NCBI RefSeq assembly: GCF_009914755.1
Contig: NC_060929.1
Source: the human T2T-CHM13v2.0 reference genome, Homo sapiens
Direction: 5' to 3' (one strand)
Length of the DNA stretch: 64,000 bases
Below are positions 31,331 to 47,306 of this stretch, one piece after another. The notes below the pieces were generated by a model. The model was not told the origin of the DNA. It saw only the letters and a program-made list of their open reading frames with translations, and ran no database searches. The position numbers and the translations under genes are program-made. The stretch's first letter is position 1. Each line of letters starts with the position of its first letter.

Positions 31331-33800
31331 AGATTTGAAAACAGCAAATTCCTATTTGGTGTAACAGGTTTGAGCAAGAAATGTCTGATTTAACAAATAT
31401 GGTTTCATATTCTTTTATGAGATAAAAACTGCTGGAAGGTAGAATGCTATTATAAGACTCATTTCTGAAGGAGACTGCATACCCAACTTTCCTGACACTG
31501 CTTCTGAGAAGGACAGGTTAGACCACTGCCCACTGCAGCAAATGCACCCATAGCCCACTCTGAGTTCCAGAGTGATGGTAGAAAATCTGGAAAACACTGC
31601 CTTGTCTCATGTGGGGCAGAGTTTCAAGACAGCAGAAGGCAAGGGAGATCAGAAACATCACCTTGTTATTCAGGTAAACTGTAAAAGTATATAAAAATAT
31701 ATAAGCCATCAAGAACAATGAATTTATAAGCTTTATTCCCACTCTCTTTGTATACTGACTCCCAGATTCATTGACTCATTTAGTACAATTTTATCAGCAA
31801 AAAAAATTTTAAAAATGACTACTTAACTAATGGATAATGTATATTTAATATGCGATTTTCTAATCATCCTTCAAATACCTTCAATAGCCAGCTACATCAT
31901 GAGAGATATATCTGCATGTTTAAGATTAATTCAAATTATAAGGAGAATTCAAAAGTGAATTAAAATGTGACTTACAGCCAGTAAAATACAAGCAAGTCAA
32001 TTTTTCAATGCATCTTGACTAAATGTAAAATATCATCTGTTTTTGTGACAAACAAGTCTGTATCATTAATCATATGCTTCCAGCTGCAACAGCTCGCATT
32101 CAAATTAAAACCATGAAATAGCATCACAGTGTCAAGATTCACGCAAACTGATCTTTTAACAGATTGTGAGGGAAAAAAAAACATACATTAAAAGAAGAAT
32201 CTGGAGAAAATGTTACACAATAAAAACATCTGAAAGAGCTTAAGCACACAAGATAGAATTCTGGTTTTTGAACTGTATTGGAATTAAATGTTAAACAAAA
32301 CTCACAGCCTGCTCTTAAACAACGAACACATCATAAAAAATAATTCTTTTTATAGCCACAGGGCTGAGAGTTTTGCTGTTTATATCTATCCCAGCATACA
32401 AATCCATAGTACTGCCAGGACTGTCCCCTCTGACTTTACTGGGAAGCTAGACAGGACAGTCTGCCTGGGTTTTTTTTTTTTTTTTAGTTTAGTTCAGTTT
32501 GTGTCCAAAACTGGCCCAAGAATCATCTCTTCTTCAGTCACTACACTCTTGCCTGCCAGTTGCACAGCTCCAAACATTCTCCTTCCAGCTACAGATATTA
32601 AAATGTTTTGTTGTTTTAAAATTTGATTTAGAACTGCAGTAGATAACCTTTTTTTTTTTTTTGCTTCAGGCTCCCCTAGGTCAGCAAGGCATAGTAATGT
32701 TCAAACAGTGCAACAGCAGCCACTCATTGCACATTAAAAACAAGGATGGTGCCAGGAACCAGCAAAGTGATATATTCTAGGTTAGCCATGTCAGGCATTT
32801 TCCAGTCCCAAAGCAGGTTTCATATGGTCAGCACATGGGCCAAATGATGCACATGGCCGTCCTGCACTTGCCCCTTGTGTCCTCCTCTGGTGACCTGCCC
32901 CATTGAACTCCCTGGACGAGATTCCCAGCGATGCTATGCAAAGAGGACATGTTCCTCTGAGAGTATTTTCTGCATTAGGGCTCACATTGTATTGCCATGG
33001 GACTTTACACTTTTAGGGTATAACCTGACATGCCACAACCTTTTCTTCCACTCCTCAGTTGACACCTCTTTAAACTGGTGGCCCAGCCCTAGCCTAGTAC
33101 ACATAAAAACGATAATAGCCACTCTGCCAATCAAGGTTAATATTTCAGCTTCTCTAATAAACCTGGGGTAGACACCATGATACAATATATAAAAACAAGA
33201 AAAGTAAAAATTCAGAACTTTATCTCAAAATTGTGCAGGCTCTTACCTACTAGATTTCCTTATCTTGTAACCATCATTTCTTTGTTCTTTTGTTCCTTGT
33301 TCACAGAGATATTGTTCCAGATGATAAATGGAGGAGTATGTAAGATTTTAATTTCATCACAGCCTATAAAGAATATTCCCAATGAAATTTAATGTGAATT
33401 TTAAATTGTATATTATAGTTGGGCATGGTGGATTTCAGAAGCTTTGAATCCCGTAACATGGATTTTAAGAGAGAAAGCTTTTTTTTTTTTTAAAGGAAAG
33501 TAGGATGAGGAAATAATATGAGGAGAACATGCAGTGACTAATCACTTACAAAAGAGAATTTTAGAGTCAAAGTATGCCTTAGAAATGGTCTGGAAAATAC
33601 GCAGCCAAATCAAATAACTTAATATGTATTGAGACTTCAATGTTTACAGAAAATTTGAAACCTTTTATAAAACCACTAATTCTTTTGTAATGCTACAAAT
33701 TACTTAATAAGAGTTACTAATGTATAAATCTCTATTATTATATTTAGGATTTTCTTCCAGAAGAGTACCACCACACATCTTAAAATAGGAGGATCTCGAT

Positions 33801-35511
<1,711 letters not shown>

Positions 35512-36009
35512 CTACATTTCTAAATTGAAAGCATACTCATTTTGGATCTTAACCAATCACCATTTAAACAAGTTTTCATCTGCTCCAGTAGAGATAATTT
35601 CGCCCTACAACTTGATAAATGTTTGCAAAATAGACAACTATATATGAGTAACAGCAAAGAAAGCCCAAATTTAAAATCTATCAATGTATCTATCTGACTA
35701 CTATCCATCTTAAAGTCCACAGTAGTCTGACAACTAAGCGTCCAAGAAGTCTCCTCTGTGTTTTTAACTTCCTGGATTATAGTAGGTCTCTCTTAACTTA
35801 CTGGAACAAAAAGGGTGATTAATTGATATCTAAATACATTTAGAAGATTTTGAAAGAAAAAAAAAAAAAACAAGGCAGCATGTGCTCTGTCCCTAGTTCC
35901 TGAAGTATGAATTGTTTATTATAATATGGTAATCCCACTACCAGCTCTGGTTGTACCACCAACTATGATTTTGAAATAAAGGGTTTAAATATATATATAT
36001 GCGTGTGTG

Positions 36010-36016
36010 GATAGAC

Positions 36017-36067
<51 letters not shown>

Positions 36068-36082
36068 GATAGAGATAGAGAT
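36010..36082. repeat. (AGAT)12 tetranucleotide STR followed by (AGAGAT)3
   Basis: Counted directly, 36017-36064. Confidence 0.98.
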
Positions 36083-37121
36083 ATGCTTACACAGCCCACA
36101 TTTAAAATCTACCATTATCTTAAAGAAAAAGAACATGATAGTGGTGGCTCCCACTCCATGGAGATCACTGATGGCAAAGTACAGAGTGGGAAAACATATT
36201 TATGTTTTACCCGCTTGGCATATTATAAATAGAACAATCTCAACCAGGCATTTTGCCAAGATGTGGAAAAATGAAATGAGGCAAAATGCAAATGGAAAAT
36301 AAAATTACTTTTTATGCCAAAATAAGGTCTGGATGGAAAACTTTAACCAAAGATATGGTCTGGATATGGTAAGACTTATAGAAGATCAGCTGAAGATGAT
36401 TTGAAACTGCAAAGATTCTTGAACAACAAAAAATGGTATTTCATTACCCATACACAAAACACAAACTGTCTAGATAGGAATTATGCTAATATATTTTGGA
36501 AGCAGATGCTTTCTAATATATTTTTTCACCTTAATGTCATTACCGTTTTTTCCCCAACCTGCTCCTTTCTATAAGATCTGCACTTTGCCAAATGCAGAAT
36601 CACCAACACGAATAATTATTATAAATATAACCAAAATGGTTGGGAAGAAAATGTTATATCACTATGGTTTTGAGTATCACTACGGCATGAACCACAACTG
36701 GGTTATACTGAGAAATCTCTCACTCTTTATATAATGAATCTGTCATTTTTTTTTATTAACTGAGTGCTGCTGTACACAGACAGATCAATCTGTCTTCTCT
36801 TATTAGCACTGAGATTTTAAAAGTCTACACATTAAGTTAATTGATTTGATAATTTCTTTATCTTAGAGTTTGAAGTGCTTACACATTTAATCTTAACAAT
36901 TCAGCTATATACGATTACCTAGAAACTGACGGTTTTCTTTCCGAGTCCTTTCCCAGTCACTTTCATCTTTTTTCAAGCTTTTTTTACCTTAATCTGTCTA
37001 GAATAAATTTTCATTGGAAAGCAATCCAAGAAAAGGGCCAAAGTCTCCACAAAACACAATTTCAACGATTTTTAACTGGAGATAATTAAGAGTATCTTTT
37101 AATTTTGCAAGTTATAGAAAT

Positions 37122-40100
37122 ATTTTTAATAGTTTTAGTGTGGTATAACTGACACACAATAAACTGCATATATTTAACATGTACAATTTGACAAGTTTTG
37201 ACATGTATACATGGTGAAACCATCACCACAATCAAGATAATAAGTATATCCAGCACCTCAAAAGTTTTCTCATGACCCTTTTAATCTCTCTCTTTCACTT
37301 ACTGCCATATTTTCCTTCTCCCACTCCCAGGCAATCACTGGTCTTTCTGTCACTAAATATGAGTTTGCATTTTCTAAAATTTTATATAAATAGAATACAA
37401 ATTTATCTCAGTAGGAGAACACTATTTTATTTTGCTTGGCTTCTTTCACTCAGCATAATTATTTTGAGATTCATCCATGTTGTTGCATGTATCAATAGTT
37501 CATTCACTTTGATTACTAAATAGTATTCTATTATACAGATGTACTACAGTTTGTTTATCCATTCACCAATTGATGACATTTGAGTTGTTTCCAGTATTGT
37601 GTTATTACAAATAAACTGTGTACAAGATTTTGCATCGATGTAAGTTTTCACTTCTCCTAAGAGTGGAATGGCTGGATTATCAAATTGGTGTACATTTACC
37701 TTTTTCAGAGACTGTTAATCTGTTTTCAAAAGCAGTTGTGCCATTTTACACTTTCACCAGCTCTATAGCTACAGTAAGTGGAGGAGTTAAGGTCTTCAAA
37801 CCCTAACTGATTCCAGATCCTATCTTCTGTAGGCTCCATTTTTTTCTAAATTAGACATCAGCTTTGGCCAGAATTTGGATGACAGGAGATGGAAATTTAA
37901 AGAGTGGCATGGGGGAATTTGGATTATAGGAGATAGGAATTTAGGGAGCAACATGGGGGAGTTTGTCTAATGACAAAAATAAAGGATGCTCACAGCCTGG
38001 GGAACTAAGTAATTCCTATCTCATTGGTACCAGGAGCTAACCTAGACGACAGAGACAAAGTAAAGATCAGTCAGAAAGAACAACTCAGAACAGAGGACCA
38101 AACTGAGCCACGAGGGTTGATCAGTGACAGCCCATGCTCTCCTGGACTCACCTTGCTGGCCCATTCATGCCTGTGGCCTCCCTCTCCAATGACCTCCCAT
38201 CACCCCTCATAAGGACAAGATGCTGTTTACTTTCCATCCGAAATGACTGTGGTTCCGGGAGTTGTTAGGAGGCCAACGTGTTCCATGCTCTTATGTTAAT
38301 AGTGTGGGGATAAAAACTAAACAAAGGAAGCAAGCATCTGACAATAAATGAGTCTACTGGAAGTGAAAAAAAAATCCAATTTACCAATTTTCCTTTTATG
38401 GATCATGCTTTGGTGTCTAAGAAATCTTTGCCTAACCCAAAGTCACAAAGATTGTCTTATATGTTTTCTACTAGAAGTTTTATTGTTTTAGGTTTTAAAT
38501 TTAGACCTTGGATCCATTTTGATTCATGACACAAGACTGGAGTACTTTTAAATTTTGTTGGCTGTGCCATTATTTTTGTCTATTTGCTATTAATTTCTAA
38601 TTTTACTGGATATTAACCAGAAAACACATAAAATATGGTCACATGTGTAAACATTATATGGATAATTCAAAGAACATATATTTTCTATTTGATTATAAAA
38701 ATATACAATTATCAATTAGATCAAGTCTGTTAATTGGCTATTTAAATCCTTTATATATTTTTATTTATTTGATCTGTTATCTGCTCAAATAAGGAGAGCT
38801 AAATTTCCCTACTAATTGTGGATCGATCTGTTGACTTTACATTTCTCTTAGTTTTAGCTTTATATAGTTCAGGATTATGTAGTTAAATATTTAAAGGTTC
38901 ATGATTACTTAGTTATCTTAGTATATCAATATGAAATCTTTTTCTTTAGTCTATTTAATGATCTTTGCTTGAATTCTATTTCATCTCATATTACTTTAAG
39001 TACTTTCTTTTTTATGGCCTTTTTTAAGGGTATCATTTCCTATATATATTTTTACCTTAACCTATCTTTTTTTGTAGAAGTGTCTTTTGTCACCATATAT
39101 AGCTGAATATGTAATATTTTTATGCTATCCGTATTAGAAAAGGGAATTTAATCTACTTACATTTATTGTGGTTATTGATACAGATATACGTGTTTTCTAT
39201 TTATCACAACTTTTTTGATTGTTTTATTTCTTTCTTTCTTGAACTTTGCTAAATGTATCAAATATTCTTTGCTTTTTGTCCTTACAGTACATTTCCTTTC
39301 TTAAAAAATCTTTATGCTTTAAAAAAAAAAGTTATGGAAAAAAATTCATGCACTACAGATAAAGCAAAATTTGTATTTGATCCCGGTGAACTCTTACTCC
39401 GTTCCCTAAGATAATTTATTATATGAGCTGAATAGGTAAACTTTCAAAACTTTCTTAAAAATTCATTTATGAATATATCATCCTATTTTTATTATCATGT
39501 TTATTCTTAATTGCCTTTAAGACACATAAACTTCAATTTTTTTCTTTTTTAAATCATAATCTATACCCTAAATAAAAAAAGAACATAATATACTTTTATG
39601 CTTGTTTCTCTTTACCTGACCCTGCCATCTTCCATGTTAAAATCAGAAATAAAGCTATTTTATGTGTGCATGCATGTGTGTGTGTATGTGTGAAAGAGAG
39701 AGAAATCGTAATTAATAGTTTATTTTTGTTTATAATATTTCTAAGTATGGTTATTTTCTTATTAATTATATTTGGAATTGAGAGGGCTCATTACATCTAA
39801 ATATTTTTTTTTCATATTTTATGCTTTTTCTCCTACTATTTCTTTGATAATTTTGTCCTTTCCAGTTTCTCTTTTCTCTAAGAGAATTACAGGGATGCTA
39901 GAACTTCTGTAACTATTCTCTATGTCTCTCAAATTTTTCCCCACATTTCTGAAGTATTCTTTTTGTATGTCATTCTGAAAAAGATTCCCTAGTTCAATCT
40001 TTCATTTCCCTAATTTATATGTGAGTTGTATTAATGACCATTTTCATTTTAAATTTTAAAGTCAAACTTTAAATTCTTAATTTCTGTGCTTGAGTCTTTT

Positions 40101-40300
40101 TCATGAATACATCTCTCTGAATGTCTTCTTCTGATCACTCTATTACCTCTAGGTCCTTGAATATTTTTTCTTCTCATTTTTCATTTGGCATCTTTCTTTC
40201 ATGGTACTGATTTACTTCATATTGCGGTGTGTCATAATTATATGCTCATCTTTTGTGTGAGAATCTCTGTGTGCCAGCTCTTTTGTTTACCATTGTCTGT
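37122..40300 (-). mobile_element. Old L1M fragments (3' end 37122-37760; scattered pieces 38375-40300)
   Basis: aaactgcatatatttaacatgtacaatttg...gaaaccatcaccacaatcaag and gagattcatccatgttgttgcatgtatcaatagttc are antisense L1M 3' sequence. Confidence 0.7.
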
Positions 40301-41209
40301 TTCCAGTGATTAATAGGGACAGACAAGTGGCTTGTCTCCTGTGTGGGTGGGCTTTCTAACCCACCTGGCAGTCAGCACATTACTGAGGCACTGCCCTACC
40401 TCTCTGGGTCTAGCACCCACACTCAAGGATTTAGTTTGTGGGTAAACACAGCTGCTATCCACTACTTAACACAAGGAGAAAAGAAAAATAAAGGCACAGC
40501 TCCAAATGTGGAGCTCCAATTAATAACTCTGATGAGCCCTTTGATTAATAATCCTGACGAATTCCTCTTTTATTTCGTGTTTCCATTGTCTGTACCTTTA
40601 GCTTTGTCTTGCTTTCTTTTCTTTGTTGAGGATTTAAATCTATTTTTGTTATAGATTTAATTTATTGTTTCTTTTCTTACCATTTTTTTCATAAAATAGA
40701 ATTTTGGCTATGGAAGAAAAATATAAAGACATATATAACAAAAGACATTTAAAAAAACAACTTCCAATTTTCAATCATGTACGTTGCTTAAATTTAAGGG
40801 CTTCACACACTTGTACCAACAGTGATAATTAACTTTACATAAATTCTTCGCATTATTGCTGCTCACAATGATGCCATAAATACCAGGGAATTTCAAGATT
40901 AAAATAATCAAGCATCTTCAGTAGAATCTTTCAACAATACTTTGGACCGCAAGAAATTAAATGCAACAAATTTTTGATTCCTCAAAAGAACACTACTCAG
41001 ATCTATTTTAATCAGCTTTGAACGTGTCAGAGAATCAATCTAGTCTGTTAAGTGATAAATAGCTATAAGCATATTACCTCTTCAACAGTTGTCGAGTTGC
41101 CATTCCATTTATGGGAATCTAGTTTTATGTTTTTCTGAGAACTTCCATAATCATTATGGCCAACATCACTCTCCCACCGAAGTATACAAAGAAACAGTCT
41201 CAGAGGATG

Positions 41210-41244
41210 GTGTGTGTGTGTGTGTGCGTGCGTGTGTGTGTGTG
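41210..41244. repeat. Interrupted (TG)n microsatellite
   Basis: tgtgtgtgtgtgtgtgcgtgcgtgtgtgtgtgtg. Confidence 0.9.
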
Positions 41245-44200
41245 TTCACCCACACCTGGGCATGGCAGGGATTGCATCCTCAGGGCCTGGCATGGAGTTG
41301 GTATTCATTAAATATTCACTGAAGTGAATTAAATAACAATAACAAAACAACCTTTTGCTTGTGAAGTGTCTAGCATTACTCTTGCATCTTGGGTCATAAT
41401 TTGGCAAATTTCCCTCCAGCTTGAAACTGCTGAGATATTTTATACTATAGTACAGTGAACCCTTAAGATTATGGTTTGTTTTTCAATGATTCATAAATCT
41501 CCAATCTTGTTTCATCTGTAAACTAAACTTAGTGTATCTCCATGACTTTTGTCTCATCTGTCCCTTTTCGTAGACTCTTTTCCTCTGTGAAGTCTCCTTT
41601 CTCCTTCCTATATGATCCTAACTGCATCTTATACTCAGTCTTGTTACAGGACTTACCACACCAGACTGTAATGCTTCTCAAGGAAAACATCAGAGTGATA
41701 GGAACTTTGTCAAGTTAGTATTAGTTATTTTTTATTTTATGTATATACCCTGCCTCACACCATACACACAAAGAGCTTTGAGACTTATCCAAATGTTTAC
41801 TGTACAAAAAAAAAACAAAAAACAATAATTGAAGAACCCAGGATGAAAGAAAAATAGAGTGAACAATGCTACATAATCCTGTACAGAGGTTAGAGGTAGG
41901 ATCTACGATTTGTAGGGGCCAAAGCAAGATAGATACTATGACTTTCAAGATAAAAATAAACTAGTTACGTTATACTTAAACAAGAGAATTGTTATCAGCA
42001 TCTTCGACTGCTGGAAAAAAAAATAAGTAGCCTTGGAAAAGTTAAGTGCGCCCTGCCCAATATCCCATGGCTTGTTTTGTTAGAGGAAAATACTGGTCTC
42101 TTGACTTCCAGTGCTGTTGCTGCACTACCACACTGAAACTAAATACACAGTGAAAATTAGTTGCTATTATGGCAATCCCTGGGAGAAACAAATACTTATT
42201 CCCTTGTGAGGGATAGGAAGTTAAACTAAGAACCCAACACAAATGTTCTGTGAGGCAGTTTAGTAGAGCTGGAAGATACGAAATGACCTGATGGCCCCTG
42301 AAGAGGAAACAGTGGTGCAGCAGCAACCTTCAGAGGCACATGAGATCCTCATTGCCAGGGGGGTCAAAAGGCCAGAAAAATCATTTCTAGAACATTCTAC
42401 ATGTATATACAGTCTTAGAAAAAGTGGACCCTTAAGTGCTATACTAGACTATGACTGGGAAGATAAATTTTTTAAAATTTCCTAAGGCACTTCTCCAGAA
42501 GAAAACAAAAATTAAGGTCAGGTCTACCTCAGCCAGTAACAGACTTCTGGGCCCCTAGATTCATTTATTTGGCTCTGCTGACTGTTTGGCTCAGTTTTCC
42601 CTTAGCAAGTGTAAAAAACACTTAAACACCACCACCCTGGGATCCTATTCAACCAATTCAGATAGCTGTGGCCTTTTAACTCACATCCAAGTGACTTGGC
42701 TTTATACCAATATCATTTCCCCTAGTATAGGCTAAGCCTAAGTGAGAAAGTACACAGCTCAGGGAGCCAGGAGTTAACTGGCTGTTCTCATTCCAAAAAG
42801 GCCTGGTTCTTTTCCTTGATAAGGAAACAATATTATATCAAGAAGTTGCGGTCATTCAGTATTACATATCACACTAGATCCATGACTATAAAAAGAGAAT
42901 TAGTGGAAATACCACCATCTATTCTTAAAGCATCTCTCCAAGGAGCTTTAGATAATTGAAAATGTTCTCTTCCAGCCCAATCCCTTGGGAAATAAATAGA
43001 GGTGATTTATTAAAACTTACATTTTACGTATAAGAAAATAACAACAAGAAAATCAATTGCAGAGAGTGGCAGAGGATCTTGAGGGTATCCTCTACTTGCT
43101 GAACCACACTTCTTCCTTAGAATTATATAATAAATACAGAATATGTACATTTACTTGTGTATAGCTGCCTGTGATTTACCTATAGTAAGGTCAAAAGCAT
43201 TCTATGGACATGGTCTTCCTTGAGCCCTTCTTCTGTGCTGTCATTTTCCTTTGCCAGGGAAATGGTTTCTCACCATCCCTCCCATGGACACCTATGTCTG
43301 GAAATGTCTAAAACACTTTTCGAATAGCAAGTTGCTTTCTCCTATACCAGCAAGAAATTTTTGCAACTCCACCTGTCCCTCAAAGCAATGTGGCCACAAT
43401 AACCTCTGCAAGTCTGTCTGCCTATGCTGTTTCTTTTTCTAATACCCAACTAATTTATTGATTTATATTGTCTTTACGTCTCCTCTGGCTTTGCAGTGTG
43501 GCATGAGTCTCAGAGCCAGTGATTACATTACATTCATAAGTATTTGGCTGGAGTTTTAAAAAATGAGAGATGGTAGTGGGGATCTGGAGGGGGATGATGC
43601 ATAATATACATGGAACTGTGAAAATGCGTAAGATAAAAATTAAAGAGGTCTTCTTTCCTCTAAAGTAAGATTTAATAAAATGAGACTCTGACGAAAGAAA
43701 GCTTTATTTTGGTGAAAGACATCAAATGGCATGTGTACAAAAGACAGAAACTAAAAGAAATAGGCAGCAGTGCCCCCTGGGTTGCCTGTCAAGAAGTGTG
43801 TCCTGTACAGTTTCTGGAGAAATTAAGAAATGCAAATAACCTGGGCAGATTAACAGCACCCGAAGATAACTAGCAGGATACAAACAAACAGCACCTTTCA
43901 CTATGAGGAGGCGTATTCCTCCAGGCAAACAAAGAAACAGGACAGAGTCAACATCTGTTTCATATAACAGCTTGGCTGCTGACAGAAGAAACCTTAAAAA
44001 AATGGCTTAGCTGACAATCCACAAAAATCATTCAATCACTATTGCATGGGCCGAAGCAAACGAGTAAATGAACACAACCTGCACTTTCTATATTACCCTA
44101 AAAAAGTTGTCTTTTCTTTATAGGAAGAAAAAAATTAAAATGAAAATGCAAACAAAAATCTTCATGAACTTTCCCCTTTTGATTGACAACAGGCAGCAAT

Positions 44201-44613
44201 GAATACTGAATCATAAAAGACAGCCAGCTGCTTTTCAGCTGGTCTTTGCCTTTCTCAATGTCAATTGTGAAGACACCACTTTCAAAGAGAACATTGGGTA
44301 AGGATGGTGGCTGGGATGGGGCATGGGGAGACAATTCAGATGTAACACATTAGAATATTAAGAGGAAGAAAACAAGTCATTTGACACACCCAGTCCTGGT
44401 TACAGAATTCAGTTAGGGAGTATTATGATGTCTGGGTCCTTATCAATAAATAATAACACACCAAACATGTTAAGAACTAAAAATTTCCATCTCTGGATTC
44501 TATCAATTCACACATACAATTTCAAAATCAAGAGGAAAACATTCATGACTGCATAGAAACCTGTTTGTAAATTTAAGTACTGGACATTTCTAAAATGCAA
44601 CATTATCAGAGCT

Positions 44614-44709
44614 GTGACATCACTGCAGTGTGGACAACTGCTTTCAACTCAGCTAAATGCCGTGACATCACTGCAGTGTGGACAACTGCTTTCAACTCAG
44701 CTAAATGCC
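44614..44709. repeat. Perfect 2 x 48-bp tandem duplication
   Basis: gtgacatcactgcagtgtggacaactgctttcaactcagctaaatgcc at 44614-44661 and 44662-44709, with no mismatches. Confidence 0.99.
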
Positions 44710-46117
44710 AGATGCTTCACTTACTTTCATAATGCGGTTAAAGTACATAAGGCAAATGCAAAATGAAAGCAATTAAGAGGCAATGATAGAAGAGATTTTT
44801 CAGGTGAAATGTGAAAACAGAAGGAAAGGTGATGAGGTGGAGCAGGACAAGATCATTTGATATTAACGCACGCACAGTGCCAAAACTATGCTAGGTAGCT
44901 AAACAGAGACTCCAGTGAGGGCCTTTTCGAGTTGCTTCTCAGTTTAAACAGGTGTAATATCTTGTTTAAGTGGAAGAGAGGTATGACCACAAAGAGAAAA
45001 AAAAAATCAATACATGATTTGCATTATTTCTGACCTTGGAAAAAAGGCTTTATTGAAAGGTGTCCTTTATTGCACAGAATTGAGAGGCGGCAAAGTGAGA
45101 GTATGATCATTATAAAAGCAAATCTTCCATAATGTGAGCTATAGGCCAAGCAAATTCTCAGTGGTTGACCTGCATTTACTAATTTAGCCCTCACAAGGAT
45201 TATATGACATAGGAACTATTATTATCTCACTTTACAGATAAGGGAACAGAGATACAAGAAGGTGGTAGACTTGCCTAGAATCATACAGAATTTCTGAGCT
45301 TTGAAACAAGTCACTAGAAGGAAGGAAAATTCTTTAAAGAGTAATCCATCAGTCCATTCAGCATCCTTGTTAGGTATCTTGTACAATATCCAGAAAAATA
45401 AAATAATCTAGAGCAAGACAAGCACAGTAACTAATTAAAACTAAAAGAGAAGGAATTGAGATTAGCTTCACCAAAAACCTCCTGGATAAAAGACTATATA
45501 GGAAAACAAAAAGTTCACGAAGTAATACTATAAAATGTCCTGCGTAGGAATCAGGACTAATATCCAGGCTTGCTAATACCTTGGATGGTATTAGAAAACC
45601 CCTTCAGGTGTGAAAGGGCCTAAATGGATATCTGTTCTAGGCCTATAAGAAGTAATAGTTGACTTTAAGAAGTCAAGTATGGAAGAGTTTCCTCTGGCAC
45701 CTCTTACTTGGTTTATGCAGGAACAGTGCTTGTTTTGACACTATAACCACCACAACTTTCTAGAACTGAGCCTGGCATGTAATACATGCTCAGTAAATAT
45801 TTGCTGAATGAATGAATTACAAAGAATAAACGAATAAAACAGTGAAATGTTTGTGGAAAGTTTTAGATAGTTTGGAAAGTAGAAGTAAGACTTTGATTCA
45901 GAAGGTAGTCTTGAAGAAATCAAAGGAGGGAAGCAGGATTACAGAACCAGAAGTCAGAACCATAACTGAGCAAGAGTTTGACTTGAAAGATCTCTAAATA
46001 AGAGAGTGTGAGAGAGAAAATGAATGATAAAAGCAACAGAAATAATTAGAGATTAAGTCCTATAAATGTCTTTGAGCAGAGAGCAAGGTATTCATGTTTT
46101 GTCAATATGGTATTTTA

Positions 46118-46492
<375 letters not shown>

Positions 46493-47280
46493 TCATGCAA
46501 ATAATAATGATACAAACAGCAGCAAATAACAGGTGGGAGCACTTCTCTTGTGCCAGGCCCTGGGTAAAGTGCTGTAGGTGTAGAGTGCACTGGTTAGGCA
46601 CAAGAGCTCAGACTGATACCAACCTCCGGCTCCAAATGACCACAGTCAAATCATCATGTCTGGTGTTATCTTATCTGTGAGATAATAATAGCATCTACTC
46701 TCTAGGCATGAAGTTGCAAAGACTGAGACTGTGTAGGGGAGAGAAAAGGGAATAAGGGCAAAACAGAAGAAGAAAATTTAGAGCTCCAATTTCACAAAAA
46801 GATAGGCATAATCACTGCAGCCTGGAGGGTGTGACAGGTAGTTGAGAACAAGGCATTCTTAAAATAGCAAAATAGAAATGGCCCACCAAACCACTGGGCT
46901 AGACTATCACTGTGTCATAATTTACCTTGTACTTCTGCACTTAATTTTTTTCCCTTTCATTTCATTATTTTCAAAATTTTCACTAATTTCCTATTTCTCT
47001 TTTCATGAATGTCTCCATCACTGAATGAGGAGTTCCCTGAAGATGAGGGCTGTGCTTAGATCTTTCATTCTCTGCCCATAGGACCATGCTAGACCCATAA
47101 TTAATTGTGGTAAAATGATCAAGTGAACAGTAAGAAAACACCACATGAAAAGAAATTGATGTGAATGAGAATTTTAAGAATTTTTCAGGAAAAAGATATA
47201 AAAACACTTTCACAAAACAGAAAATTGGTAAGAGGAAATAATAATTTTTATAAGTAATATATATTCAACACATATATATT

Positions 47281-47306
47281 CACACACAAACATATGTTTG
47301 TGTGTG
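47281..47306. repeat. Perfect 26-bp palindrome
   Basis: cacacacaaacat|atgtttgtgtgtg. Confidence 0.97.

Noticed and set aside
44614-44709. Direct repeats as a CRISPR-like array
   Set aside because: Only two abutting copies, no spacer, no cas genes, and the DNA is eukaryotic.
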